Below, piece by piece: positions 20,585 to 31,032 of a DNA stretch of 64,000 nucleotides. The notes beneath the pieces were generated by a model that saw only the letters and a list, made by a program, of their open reading frames with translations, was not told the DNA's origin and did no database searches. The stretch comes from an uncultured delta proteobacterium. Its GTDB lineage: Bacteria; Myxococcota_A; Polyangia; Polyangiales; JAFGIB01. The stretch is from NCBI GenBank assembly GCA_963778655.1, contig CAVZVA010000003.1, positions 32,001 to 96,000 on the forward strand, given 5' to 3'. The position numbers and the translations under genes are program-made. Numbering within the stretch: position 1 is the first letter of the stretch; each line of letters opens with the position of its first letter.

Positions 20585-22039
20585 TCACGGGTGCGCCGCG
20601 AGCCAGTCGAGCACGCCCTGGTACTTGGGCGAGGCGGCCAGCGTGTCGCTGGTCTTCTCCTTGAGACCCCAGCACCGGCCCGCGTGCGTGTACTGCATGA
20701 AAGGTCCTGTCAGCTTGGCCGCCACGAGCGCGTCCAGATACGAGACGTAGAGATCGTGCATCGCGGGGTCGTGCTGCAGGCTGGTGCAGCCGTTGTTGGG
20801 TGCCGCGTAGGAGTCCGAGCCGCCTTCGTACGAGATCAGCGGCACACCGATGCTGTCGGCGCACGCGCGACTGCTCTGCGTCCATTGCCCGGCCATCGGG
20901 ATCGCGTTGGTGAGCGCGTCGATCGAGGTACCGCTGAAGTAGGGGGCGATCGCGTAGACGTCGGGCTTCTCGCCGTTGGGATTGATCGTGTGATCGGCCA
21001 GCGCCAGCTTGTGCGCATCGCACGGGCCGGTCCACGCGGCTTGTCCGGCGAGCACCTTGACCAAGCGCGGGCTGTTCTTGCCGAACACGGCCTCGAACGC
21101 CTCGTACACGCGCACCGAGGCGTAGACATAGTACGCCCCCGCCGCGTCGCTGCCCGCCAGCCCGAGGCTCTGGGCCTTGCCGGCCGCGTAGTCGTGCTGC
21201 GGGAAGCTCCCGTTCCAGACCTCGTTCGACCACTCCACGTACACGCGCAGACTCGGGTCGAGCTGGTCGTGGATGAGCTGGGCGAGCTTGGGCCAGTAGC
21301 TCGCGTCCGCCTCGTGCGGGACGTTGACCCAGTAGTCTTTCTTGGCGCGATTGCAGAGATCGATTTGCCACTCGAACGCGACCGGCTGGTTCTGCATGTC
21401 GGTCTTCTTCTTGCGGGTGTCCCAGCTCGCCTGTGGGTTGTTGCTCTGATTGGTCGAGTTCCAGTCCATGAAGCGCAGCACGCTGTAGGGCGCCAGATCG
21501 GCCAGCAACTCGGGGCGCCAGGGGTCGGTCGTGGTCGAGAAGTCCACGCCGCTCGCGAAGAAGTCGCCCTGCCCTTCCCAGTCGATGTTCCAGAAGTTGG
21601 CGCCGACGAAGAACTTGCTGGCGGGTGCGGGATTGAGCAGGGCGATCGTGCCGCCCGCGTCCGAGCTCGGTGCGCCCGCATCGACAGCGCTCATGCCGCC
21701 GCCGCCATCTGCGCTGCTTCCCCCCGCACCGCCGCTGCCCGCGCCTTTCGCGCCTCCGCTCGCCGAACCGGCAGCTCCTGCGCCGCCACCGCCCGTGAGT
21801 GTGCTCATCGCTCCACCGCTGCCGAGCGCTCCACCCCCGCCCCCGCCCCCGCCCGTGCCAGTGCCAGTGCCAGCGCCGGTCACGCCGCCTGGGCCCGAGC
21901 CGAGCGCGCCGCCGCCGCCTGCCGTCCCCGAGTTGGCTGACTTCGATGCGTGACTGCACCCCGCCAGCGCGAGCACCAGCGAGCCCCCTAGCAAGAGCCA
22001 GCCCAGAGCCGGCCGTGACATCCCTAGCTGTCTGCTCAT
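20585..22039 (-). CDS. Lipoprotein with Gly-rich linker and putative glycoside-hydrolase-like/cellulose-binding-family domain
   Basis: Lipobox LALAGC, long G/S/A linker, LRFMDWNSTN, WVNVPH, VYVEWSNEVWN, ISYEGG. Confidence 0.7.
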   Translation of the reverse strand: MSRQLGMSRPALGWLLLGGSLVLALAGCSHASKSANSGTAGGGGALGSGPGGVTGAGTGTGTGGGGGGGGALGSGGAMSTLTGGGGAGAAGSASGGAKGAGSGGAGGSSADGGGGMSAVDAGAPSSDAGGTIALLNPAPASKFFVGANFWNIDWEGQGDFFASGVDFSTTTDPWRPELLADLAPYSVLRFMDWNSTNQSNNPQASWDTRKKKTDMQNQPVAFEWQIDLCNRAKKDYWVNVPHEADASYWPKLAQLIHDQLDPSLRVYVEWSNEVWNGSFPQHDYAAGKAQSLGLAGSDAAGAYYVYASVRVYEAFEAVFGKNSPRLVKVLAGQAAWTGPCDAHKLALADHTINPNGEKPDVYAIAPYFSGTSIDALTNAIPMAGQWTQSSRACADSIGVPLISYEGGSDSYAAPNNGCTSLQHDPAMHDLYVSYLDALVAAKLTGPFMQYTHAGRCWGLKEKTSDTLAASPKYQGVLDWLAAHP

Positions 22040-22283
22040 CGTCGGAGTCCTCCCGCGACCCGTGGGTAAGACCCGCGAGCCTGGTCTTTGAGGCCAACCC
22101 CGCCACCCCTTTTGCACAACCGCGAGGTTTCGGCGGTGACGCATCGATCCAAACTGATATATTCCTCTACGGAATCAATGCTCGATGCGCTCGGGACCCT
22201 CGTAGTGCTGTCCGAAGCGGGCACGATGGGCCGCACTTCCACCCGCTTACGCCTCACGCAGTCCTAGGTTGGGTTTGATGATC

Positions 22284-22661
22284 CTAGGTTTGAACCGCGC
22301 TCATGTGTGCACCGACGATTTGCCAGCGTCCATCCCGCTGAATCCACACCCGCGTGTAACTCAGTACCGCGACCACATCCTGCCCGAGTATCTTGGCGGC
22401 GCCTGACATCTTCACACTCGTGATGGCACCATCGGGAATCTGACGGATCTTGAACTCCAGCGGCGTGAGTTTCGAGATCTTCAGCGCGCCGGAGCGATGT
22501 TGCTCCAGATCCGTGGCCTTGGTTTCGCGCGCTCCGTTCATCCCGGTGAAGAGCGCGTCGTCGGCAAGCAGCTCATCGAGGACGGCAACGTCGCTCGCGA
22601 GTTGCGCTGCCCAGAGGCGCTCCTCAAGCTCTCGGATCGTTTCTTCCAAGGTCTTCGACAT
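22284..22661 (-). CDS. Nuclear transport factor 2 fold protein (DUF4440)
   Basis: IRELEERLWAAQLASDVAVLDELLADD, YTRVW...WQIVGAHMS. Confidence 0.88.
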   Translation of the reverse strand: MSKTLEETIRELEERLWAAQLASDVAVLDELLADDALFTGMNGARETKATDLEQHRSGALKISKLTPLEFKIRQIPDGAITSVKMSGAAKILGQDVVAVLSYTRVWIQRDGRWQIVGAHMSAVQT

Positions 22662-22937
22662 GTGTTGAAAACTATCAATCCGCCGACGATGGTTCAACGA
22701 ACGATCAGCGTTTTGTTCTGCCTGAGCTTGCCTCGACCCTTCGACAGGTCTGCTGGGAGAAGGGACCGACGCCCTGATCCGCGACCGATATCATGGAGTC
22801 GGCGGAGCAGGACCACTGACATGAGGATGGCCTCGACGTCGGAGCCGTCTACTTGCAGGCGTAACCGGGGGCCGCTTCCGAACCCAACCCAAGGTCGCGG
22901 CGGTCATGGAATCGTTGGCGATCAAACGCGGCGCGGC

Positions 22938-24335
<1,398 letters not shown>

Positions 24336-24349
24336 GGGACCAGCACTCT

Positions 24350-24627
24350 ACCGGGGGACCGAGACGAATTCGATGACTCAGCGATCTCGGTCGTGCAGTT
24401 CAAGGAACGGCACCCGACGAGAAGGCGCGGCCGGGGCGCCAGCGCTCATCTCGATCGACGACCGCGACTTCACCGTGGCGGAGTTCGTGAAGATGGTCGG
24501 CACCTTCGGCGGGTGGGGGACGCGGATCGCATTTGTCTTCGATGAGGATGTTCACGAGCAGCCAAAGATCAAGGTGCGGGAGCCGAGGGAACCGAAGAGG
24601 CGATCGCGCAAGACAAAATTCGCCTGA
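24350..24627 (+). pseudogene. Remnant of a conserved hypothetical gene (C-terminal fragment)
   Basis: ISIDDRDFTVAEFVKMVGTFGGWGTRIAFVFDEDVHEQPKIKVREP reads as a real protein C-terminus but lacks a coherent N-terminus. Confidence 0.45.
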
Positions 24628-24660
24628 AGTCGTGCGGGTCGCAAAGCACTCGCAGCGGGC

Positions 24661-24901
24661 GAGCGTAGGCGCCACAAACCCCCTAGAGCACCGAACATAT
24701 TGAAGCACGCACGATTTCGGGGCCCTCGCGGGCGCATGGCACGCGCGCTCCCCGCTCGACGTAGGATGGACTACGCCTTCGGGCTCCCGCCCGCACCCTG
24801 CATCCCGCCATGACCCCGACTTCGCACACGTTTCAATAGGTTCGGTGCTCTAGCCAAGCGAGCCCACTTCCAGCGTGCGTGACACAATGCGCCTTCTGCG
24901 C
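24661..24901 (+). repeat. Left copy of a 74-bp repeat, interrupted by a MITE at its CTAG
   Basis: 24661-24686 plus 24854-24901 match the reverse complement of 34248-34321 at 72/74 positions. Confidence 0.9.
24687..24849. mobile_element. 163-bp MITE with 18-bp terminal inverted repeats and CTAG flanks
   Basis: AGCACCGAACATATTGAA (24687-24704) versus TTCAATAGGTTCGGTGCT (24832-24849), 17/18 match; CTAG on both sides; the empty site is at 34296-34299. Confidence 0.9.
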
Positions 24902-25134
24902 CGACAGGAGCTCGCGCGGCGGGGGACGCGCCGGCCGCGCGCACGTGCGGGCGTCGACCGACGTCGGCCGCAGGGCGCGCACGGCACTGAAATCGGGGCG
25001 CGACACCTTCGGCGAGGACGGGTCTCGGAGCGTCCACCAACCGGCCGAGCGCGAACGACAGGCGGACGTAGCCCCGATGGTAGCCTTCGGCGGGTCTGCA
25101 GCGGCTTCCCGGACCATGGCGGGACGACGGAATG

Positions 25135-25863
25135 TCAGCAGCCGCCGCACTCGCTCTCGCACACGCAGCCGCAGCCCGTGCAGCACGACGGCAGGCCCTG
25201 GCATCCGGAGATGCAGTCGTCGCAGGCGCTGGCCGCGTTCCCTGTGTAACCGCACACGTCGAGCGGCACGCACTGCTGGGGGCCGCCGTTGCAGTAGTCA
25301 CAGGCCGACAGCGGGAGCGCGAAGTTCGCAGAGCGCGTGCCCAGGCAATCGCCGTGGCTCGTGCATTTGCGCATACAGCGCATCGGCTGGCTGCTCACGC
25401 CCAGGTAGTGCTCGCACTGGGTTCCCGACGGGCACTGCGACGAGCTGGTACAGGCGTCGCCCTCCGCCTTGCTCGCGCCCGGGCTCGTGCCAGTTCCGCC
25501 GCTGCTCGAGCCGCTGCAGCTCGTCCCCGGCGGCTCGAACTCGTTTTGTCCAGAGCAGTTCACCGGAAAGCCGAGCTCCGGGCAGGTCTTCTGCGCGTAC
25601 CTCGCGTTCGCGATGAACGAGGGACAGCCGTCTGCCTGAAAGCCCTCCCAGCACACCATCTCGTTCAGGCAGGTGCCGCAGCTCCCGTCCAACACGCACA
25701 TCCGGGTCGGATAGACCGAGGAGGAGCTCGCACCCCCGCCGGACGTACCCGCGCCGCCCTGTGCCCCCGAACCATTGCCGTTCGCGCCGCCCCCGCAGGC
25801 CGCCAGCCACGTCGATGCGATGACCGCAGCCCACGCGCTCCGCCCGCGCGTGGTCCCTCCCAT
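25135..25863 (-). CDS. Cys-rich lipoprotein
   Basis: Lipobox WLAAC, Gly/Ser linkers, many Cys including EGDACTSSSQCPSG; start approximate. Confidence 0.7.
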   Translation of the reverse strand: MGGTTRGRSAWAAVIASTWLAACGGGANGNGSGAQGGAGTSGGGASSSSVYPTRMCVLDGSCGTCLNEMVCWEGFQADGCPSFIANARYAQKTCPELGFPVNCSGQNEFEPPGTSCSGSSSGGTGTSPGASKAEGDACTSSSQCPSGTQCEHYLGVSSQPMRCMRKCTSHGDCLGTRSANFALPLSACDYCNGGPQQCVPLDVCGYTGNAASACDDCISGCQGLPSCCTGCGCVCESECGGC

Positions 25864-26096
25864 CAGAACCCTCCTCAAGATGCAGTCTCACACACCCGCG
25901 GCGGCCTGTGAACCCCCGGACGCGACCCGAGCGCGGGTAACCTGCAGGCGGTCGCGTTCGTGGCCGTTCGGCACGCGACGAGAACCTGAGCCACACCGCA
26001 GCGCCGCAACTGCGCGCACGGTCGCGCCGTGTTATGCGCCAAGAGCCAGCTGCATCTTTCGCCGAAGCCGGCAGCTACCTATGAAGAACGTCCGCG

Positions 26097-26171
26097 GGAT
26101 CATCTGCCGGGGGATCATCTGCCGCAGGATCATCTGCCAGCAGCTGGCAGATGATCCCCGGCAGATGATCC
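26097..26171. repeat. Array of five GGATCATCTGCC 12-mers: three direct, two inverted
   Basis: Direct copies at 26097, 26112, 26127 (15-bp period); inverted GGCAGATGATCC at 26146 and 26160. Confidence 0.9.
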
Positions 26172-26430
26172 CCCGGTGCAAGAGCCTCTTGCACGATCGC
26201 CCCAGCGCCCGGACGGCTAGCATCGACCCAAGCGACGGGTGGCCGATGACCGCCCGCACTAGAGACTAGAGCACCGCCGCAATCGGCGTGGCGGGCACCA
26301 GCGAGCGCGCTCCACGACCTGCGCTTCCGGGTCGGGCACGCGTCTATTCCGCAGTAACGGCCAGAAGTTCGCCGTGCCGTGACGGATTGCACGCACCCGC
26401 GCATTAACTGCAGCAGGAGCGAGTGCGGAG

Positions 26431-26991
26431 TTGCAAGCCGACGGTCATCTCAGCTCGGCAGCCCTCTTCGCCCGCCACGCCCCCTTTGTGGCGAGATTCT
26501 TGACGCGCATGGGCGTTTCCCGCGCGGATCTGGACGATGTGATGCAAGACGTCTTTCTAGTCGCGCACAAGTTGGGTGGGTACACGCCAGGTCCGGCGAA
26601 GCCCACGACTTACCTGGCGAACATCGCCCTGCGCGCGGCGACGACCCACCGCCGTAAGCGCCAGGTTCGCTCATTCGTTCACGTGAATGACGGGCTCGTG
26701 GACGCCGCGGCTGCGGAAACCGATCCCGAGCGCAGCGTTCAACAACAGCAACGGCTGCAAGTCTTGCAAGGCGCGCTCGACAAGCTGGACGACGACAAAC
26801 GGGCCATCTTCGTGATGGCCGAGATCGAGGGTGAGACCGTGGTGGCGATCGCCGCAGGGCTCGGCATTCCCGTCGATACCGCGTACTCGCGCTTACGCGC
26901 AGCTCGCAAGCTGTTCCACGAGGCGGTTGGCGTGCTTCGCGACGATGAGCCAGTGCGCTTCCATCGGCGTATGCAACCGGTGCGGTCATGA
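26431..26991 (+). CDS. ECF RNA polymerase sigma factor
   Basis: HAPFVARFL, DLDDVMQDVFLVA (region 2), LDKLDDDKRAIFVMAEIEG...IAAGLGIPVDTAYSRLRAAR (region 4). Confidence 0.92.
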   Translation: MQADGHLSSAALFARHAPFVARFLTRMGVSRADLDDVMQDVFLVAHKLGGYTPGPAKPTTYLANIALRAATTHRRKRQVRSFVHVNDGLVDAAAAETDPERSVQQQQRLQVLQGALDKLDDDKRAIFVMAEIEGETVVAIAAGLGIPVDTAYSRLRAARKLFHEAVGVLRDDEPVRFHRRMQPVRS

Positions 26992-28085
26992 TGAAGCGGC
27001 TGATGACCGATTGCAGACCGTGGATCGAGAATCCAGCGCAACCGCGCTTCGTTCGCGAGCTGCTCGAGGCAGGCCGCAACTCGCATGCCGCGGGCTACGA
27101 TTTCGAGCAAGGCCTTCACAAGCACCTGGCGCGGATCGCGGTCATCGCACCGATGCCGGACTGGGCCGAAGGCTTGCGGCCACGCGCAGCGGCAACTGCG
27201 GCGCGCGGAACGGTCGCGAGCTCGGCCACGGCCGGCTGGCTGGCGGCGCTGCTCGCGGCGACCTTCGGGCTCGTGCCCACATCGAAGCGGGCCGAGCTGC
27301 CGTCGGGCGCGACGCATGCATCGCTGCCAGCCGCGGAGCAGCACGCGTCGCCGCCCGCTTCGGTCGTGGTTCCGCTCCCCACACCGGTGGCGGAGTCGAA
27401 CCCAATGCGCCCAGCGCGAGAGCTGGCCGCAAACGCGCCGACACCCACCATGCAACCCGCGCAACTGGCGCAACGTGTGAAGCGCAGCGACAAGTCGGCC
27501 GCGGCGCGAGCGGCGAAGCCCACGACGAAGACGCTCGCCCCACGGAAAGACGAAGCGGCCACTGCGATCGGCGGCGTCTCGAGCGCAAAGAGGAGCGAAG
27601 AGCCCATGGGCAGCGAGATTTTCGAGGCGGCGCAACCCGCGGTCGCGCTCCACGACTCGACATTCGCGCAAGCGCCCGAGCGCAGCCCGGAGCCCGGACC
27701 GCCGCCGCCCGCAGACGCGATAGGCGAGGCGCCACAGCAAGCTTCGGGCGAGTCGACGCCCCGCGACGTGGCGCCGGACCACGTGGCGCAGGCGGTGCAA
27801 CACGACAACGCCCTCGAGCGGGAGATGATGATGCTGGCAGTGGCGCAGCGCACGCTTGTGGCCGACCCCGCACGCGCGCTCGAGCTGGCGCGTCGTGGCG
27901 AAGAGGAGTTCACCGGAAGCATGTTTGGCCAGGAGCGACAGCAGGTCCTGCTGCTCGCGCTGGTGAAGCTCGGCAGGATGGACGAGGCCAAGCGGCTCGC
28001 GAGGCCCTTTCTCGTCCGCTACGGCAACGGCCCATTCAGCGATCGCGTACGGCGCGCGCTGGCGACCGGCAGGGTGGAGCGCTGA
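26988..28085 (+). CDS. Putative anti-sigma membrane protein with Pro/Ala linker and C-terminal TPR-like domain
   Basis: ATGA overlap with sigma gene, central TM-like segment, LEREMMML..A..L..DPARALELA...F...ER...LVKLGR..EA...FL.RY pattern typical of myxobacterial ECF partners. Confidence 0.7.
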   Translation: MMKRLMTDCRPWIENPAQPRFVRELLEAGRNSHAAGYDFEQGLHKHLARIAVIAPMPDWAEGLRPRAAATAARGTVASSATAGWLAALLAATFGLVPTSKRAELPSGATHASLPAAEQHASPPASVVVPLPTPVAESNPMRPARELAANAPTPTMQPAQLAQRVKRSDKSAAARAAKPTTKTLAPRKDEAATAIGGVSSAKRSEEPMGSEIFEAAQPAVALHDSTFAQAPERSPEPGPPPPADAIGEAPQQASGESTPRDVAPDHVAQAVQHDNALEREMMMLAVAQRTLVADPARALELARRGEEEFTGSMFGQERQQVLLLALVKLGRMDEAKRLARPFLVRYGNGPFSDRVRRALATGRVER

Positions 28086-28159
28086 TTGCTGCTCCGGGCA
28101 GGTCAGCGGGTGATGGTGGTTGGGTGAAGGTGTCGGGTCTCCGACCTCGAAGGAGCTGT

Positions 28160-29452
28160 ATGTACAAGTATGCAATCGTGGCGCTGAGCATCGGGCTGTC
28201 CAGTGCGGTTGGCTGCGGTTCGAGCGGACCCAACAAGGGTGGAGCCACCGGGCCCAAGACCGGCGTCAGTGACCCGAAGGCCCAGGGTCCGCAGGCTGCC
28301 GACGCCGGTGGCCATGCAGGTTCCGGCGCGGCCGACGCTTCCCCGAGTGCGAAGGCCCCAGACGCGGGCAGCGCGGGCAGCGCGGGCCAAGGCGCGAGCG
28401 CTGCGGGCTCGGGCGCGGACGCCGACGGTGGAGCTAGCGCGAACCCCGCGGCCACCGCGCTGGCGGATCTGCCGGACGCTCTCGCAACGAGCGTGTGCGC
28501 GGCGATCGATAGCTGTGTCGGCGCGGCGGTGCTGCGTGAGCTCACGGAGCACGAAGACTGCACGGTGCGAGTCGCGGCACAGTTGCGGGCAACCGAGTTT
28601 GCATTCATCGAGCAAAGCGTGAGCAGCGATCGCGTCGCCTACGACCCGAGCCAACTGCCTGCGTGCCTGGACGACATCCGCGGGCTCGGGTGCGACGTGC
28701 TGTCGCACACCCTGCCACCGTCTTGCAGCGCGGTGCTCGACGGCCAAGTGCAGATCGACGGTGAGTGCGCAATCAGTTCCGAATGCCACGGTGCGGCCTT
28801 CTGTGCCGGGGCGGATCAATGCCCCAGCCACTGCGCCCCGCTGCTCAGCGAAGGCGACGCTTGCAGTGGCGACAACCAGTGCGGCGATGATCTGACCTGC
28901 GCCGGCGGCCAGTGCGTGCGGCCGTCGCTGGAGGGCGAGCCGTGCAACGGCAACAGCGGCACGACGTGCCGGATCGGCTTCACCTGCCAGGGCAGCACGG
29001 ACGTCGACCCCGGAAGTTGCGTGCCGAACGCGATGGTGCAGATCGGCAACGAGGGGGATTCGTGCGAGCCAGGCGGTTCGCTGTGCAAAGACGGCTTGTC
29101 GTGCGTGTACGCAAGCGGCTCGGAGTTCCATTGCGAGTCGGCGGTCGGCTCCGGCGCCAGCTGTCATCTCGGCCTTCCGGGGCAATGCCCGAACGACGAG
29201 TACTGCGACACCACCGAGGTGACCGCACAGAGCACTTGCCGGAAGTTGCCAGGCGAGGGCCAGGCGTGCGTGCTCACGGGCCGATGTGCACCAGGCTTGG
29301 TGTGCGTGGCCGAGGGTCAAGATCACAACTGCCGAGCGATCGAGGACAACTGCGGCGCGTGCAGCGACGACGCCGCCTGTCGCAGCGGAAACTGTGATCA
29401 GGGTAAGTGCGCGCCCCCACCGGCGTGCGGCGAAGCCTTCGTCTGCCCCTAG
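28160..29452 (+). CDS. Cys-rich (Dickkopf-like repeat) lipoprotein
   Basis: AAGGAG RBS, lipobox SAVGC, repeated EG..C....C..GL.C modules. Confidence 0.82.
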   Translation: MYKYAIVALSIGLSSAVGCGSSGPNKGGATGPKTGVSDPKAQGPQAADAGGHAGSGAADASPSAKAPDAGSAGSAGQGASAAGSGADADGGASANPAATALADLPDALATSVCAAIDSCVGAAVLRELTEHEDCTVRVAAQLRATEFAFIEQSVSSDRVAYDPSQLPACLDDIRGLGCDVLSHTLPPSCSAVLDGQVQIDGECAISSECHGAAFCAGADQCPSHCAPLLSEGDACSGDNQCGDDLTCAGGQCVRPSLEGEPCNGNSGTTCRIGFTCQGSTDVDPGSCVPNAMVQIGNEGDSCEPGGSLCKDGLSCVYASGSEFHCESAVGSGASCHLGLPGQCPNDEYCDTTEVTAQSTCRKLPGEGQACVLTGRCAPGLVCVAEGQDHNCRAIEDNCGACSDDAACRSGNCDQGKCAPPPACGEAFVCP

Positions 29453-29615
29453 TGCTCTGACCGAGCGGTTTTGAATCGAGATCGGGTCTGAGGTCATGCT
29501 GAGCGGGGCGCCGGTCGACGAAGGAAGGGTAGCCCCCCTTGCGAGGAGAGCGGCGCCGTGGCGCAGGGTCAGATCGGGCGCGAGGTCGGATCCAAACCGG
29601 TCGGTCAGAGCACCA
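29450..29615. mobile_element. About 165-bp MITE-like element with imperfect terminal inverted repeats
   Basis: TAGTGCTCTGACCGAGCGGTTT (from 29450) versus AAACCGGTCGGTCAGAGCACCA (ending 29615), 20/22 match; left end coincides with the upstream stop codon. Confidence 0.7.
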
Positions 29616-29768
29616 GTGCCGGGGCAGCACGTTGTCGAGCATTTGCTCTGCTTCGAGGAGCCCAAACCATGCAGTGCCGATCACAGATTCTTCACCGGGA
29701 AGCATTAATCACAGTGGAAGGCGTCGGGGCTATCGGAGCCGCAAATGGTGAGTGTTAACAAGGAGCCA

Positions 29769-30017
29769 ATGATGACGAACGTTGAGTTTATCGAAGACAG
29801 TGCGCTCGAGAACGTGGTCGGTGGTCTGAGCTTCAACCTCGGTTTGGACACCAAGACCGGCCTGACCGCGAGTGGTCCGCTCGGCAGCATCTCGATCCCG
29901 AGCCCGTTGACCCTGGCGCAGAATCTGTTCACCGGCGTGACCTCGAAGCTCGGTGACTTTCTGGTCAAGTTCGGCGGCGACCTGAAGGACCTGGGTCACC
30001 TGTTCGACTTCAGCTGA
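29769..30017 (+). CDS. Double-glycine leader precursor peptide (bacteriocin-like), 82 aa
   Basis: AGGAG just upstream; leader MMTNVEFIEDSALENVVGG then a 63-aa Cys-free core; directly upstream of the MFP-MFP-PCAT genes. Confidence 0.85.
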   Translation: MMTNVEFIEDSALENVVGGLSFNLGLDTKTGLTASGPLGSISIPSPLTLAQNLFTGVTSKLGDFLVKFGGDLKDLGHLFDFS

Positions 30018-30130
30018 GCACGCGATTTCCGATTGATCGCTTCGCTATGCACGAGGGCCGGGTACGGAATGGCCGTGCCTGGCCCTTTGTGCGTGGAGAC
30101 CAAGAGTGAGCTGTTGCCCCCGAGCACCCG

Positions 30131-31030
30131 ATGACGTTGAGTGAGAATCGGATCCTGGTCCTAGCCGCGCTGCCGCTGGCGGCGGGTGCTGCATGGCTCG
30201 TGGCTCTGCGCCGGCCGGAGCCGGTGTATGCAGCCGCGGCACACGATGTGGCGAGCTCGCACCAGCACGCACTGCACGCCGCGGTACCTGGCGCCGATGA
30301 CGGATGGCTGGGCGTGATCGTGTCGGGCTACAGCGCCGACGTCGGCGCCGAGGTCGGGGGCACGGTCAGCGAGAGCTGGATCACGGTCGGTGCCCGCGTC
30401 AAAGCCGGTGCTCCGCTGATGCGCATCGACGAAAGCGCGTCCGCCGAAGACGTGCGGGCGGCCCGCGCCAAGCTCGAGCAGCAGCGCTCCTTGGTGGCGC
30501 GAGCCCAGGCCGAGCTGGCTGAAGCCAGCGATTTGGTCACGCGCCTACGAGCCGTGCCAAACGGGGTGTCCGACCTCCAAATGCACGCGGCACGTACGCG
30601 CGAGCAACAGGCCGCAGCCGCCCTGCGCGAAGCCCGGGCGGGCATCAGCGTGCATCAAGCCGACGTTGGCCGAGAGGTCAACCGCAGTGCGAAGCACGTG
30701 ATTCGCGCGCCGTTCGACGGCATTGCCGTAGAGCGCTTCGTCGATCCCGGCGCGCTGGTCGCGCCCGGTCAGGTGGTCGCCCGCATCATCAACGGCGACT
30801 ACTACGTGCGCTTCGCCATGTCGCCAGAGGCGGCGCGAGCAGAGGCCGTCGGTCAGTTGGTACGCGTCGAGCTCGATGGCCGCGTGCTCGAGGGTGTGGT
30901 GAGTGACATCCAGCCCGAGGTGGACGGCGCGTCACAGCTGGTGTTCGCACGCGCCAAGCTGGACGTCGCCAAGCGCGACTCCGCCGCGGTCATTCCAGGG
31001 GCGCGTGTGCGCGTGCGGAAGGGCAGCTAG
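30131..31030 (+). CDS. RND-type periplasmic adaptor (membrane fusion protein)
   Basis: N-terminal TM, VGAEVGGTV..V.VGARVKAG lipoyl half, helical hairpin, IRAPFDG, IQPEVDG. Confidence 0.9.
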   Translation: MTLSENRILVLAALPLAAGAAWLVALRRPEPVYAAAAHDVASSHQHALHAAVPGADDGWLGVIVSGYSADVGAEVGGTVSESWITVGARVKAGAPLMRIDESASAEDVRAARAKLEQQRSLVARAQAELAEASDLVTRLRAVPNGVSDLQMHAARTREQQAAAALREARAGISVHQADVGREVNRSAKHVIRAPFDGIAVERFVDPGALVAPGQVVARIINGDYYVRFAMSPEAARAEAVGQLVRVELDGRVLEGVVSDIQPEVDGASQLVFARAKLDVAKRDSAAVIPGARVRVRKGS

Positions 31031-31032
31031 TC

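Noticed and set aside
25930..26040. GTTATGC as an integron attC core site
   Set aside because: No matching inverse core site or paired L boxes, and no integron integrase in the window.
26097..26171. 12-mer array as a mini-CRISPR or the 26032..26259 ORF as a gene
   Set aside because: Spacers are only 2-7 nt and orientation flips; the ORF is a by-product of the repeat.
29769..30017. Double-Gly peptide as substrate of the ATP-grasp cluster
   Set aside because: Over 30 kb from the ligase, in its own repeat-bounded unit, and without repeated TxxxxD-type motifs; cannot be fully excluded.
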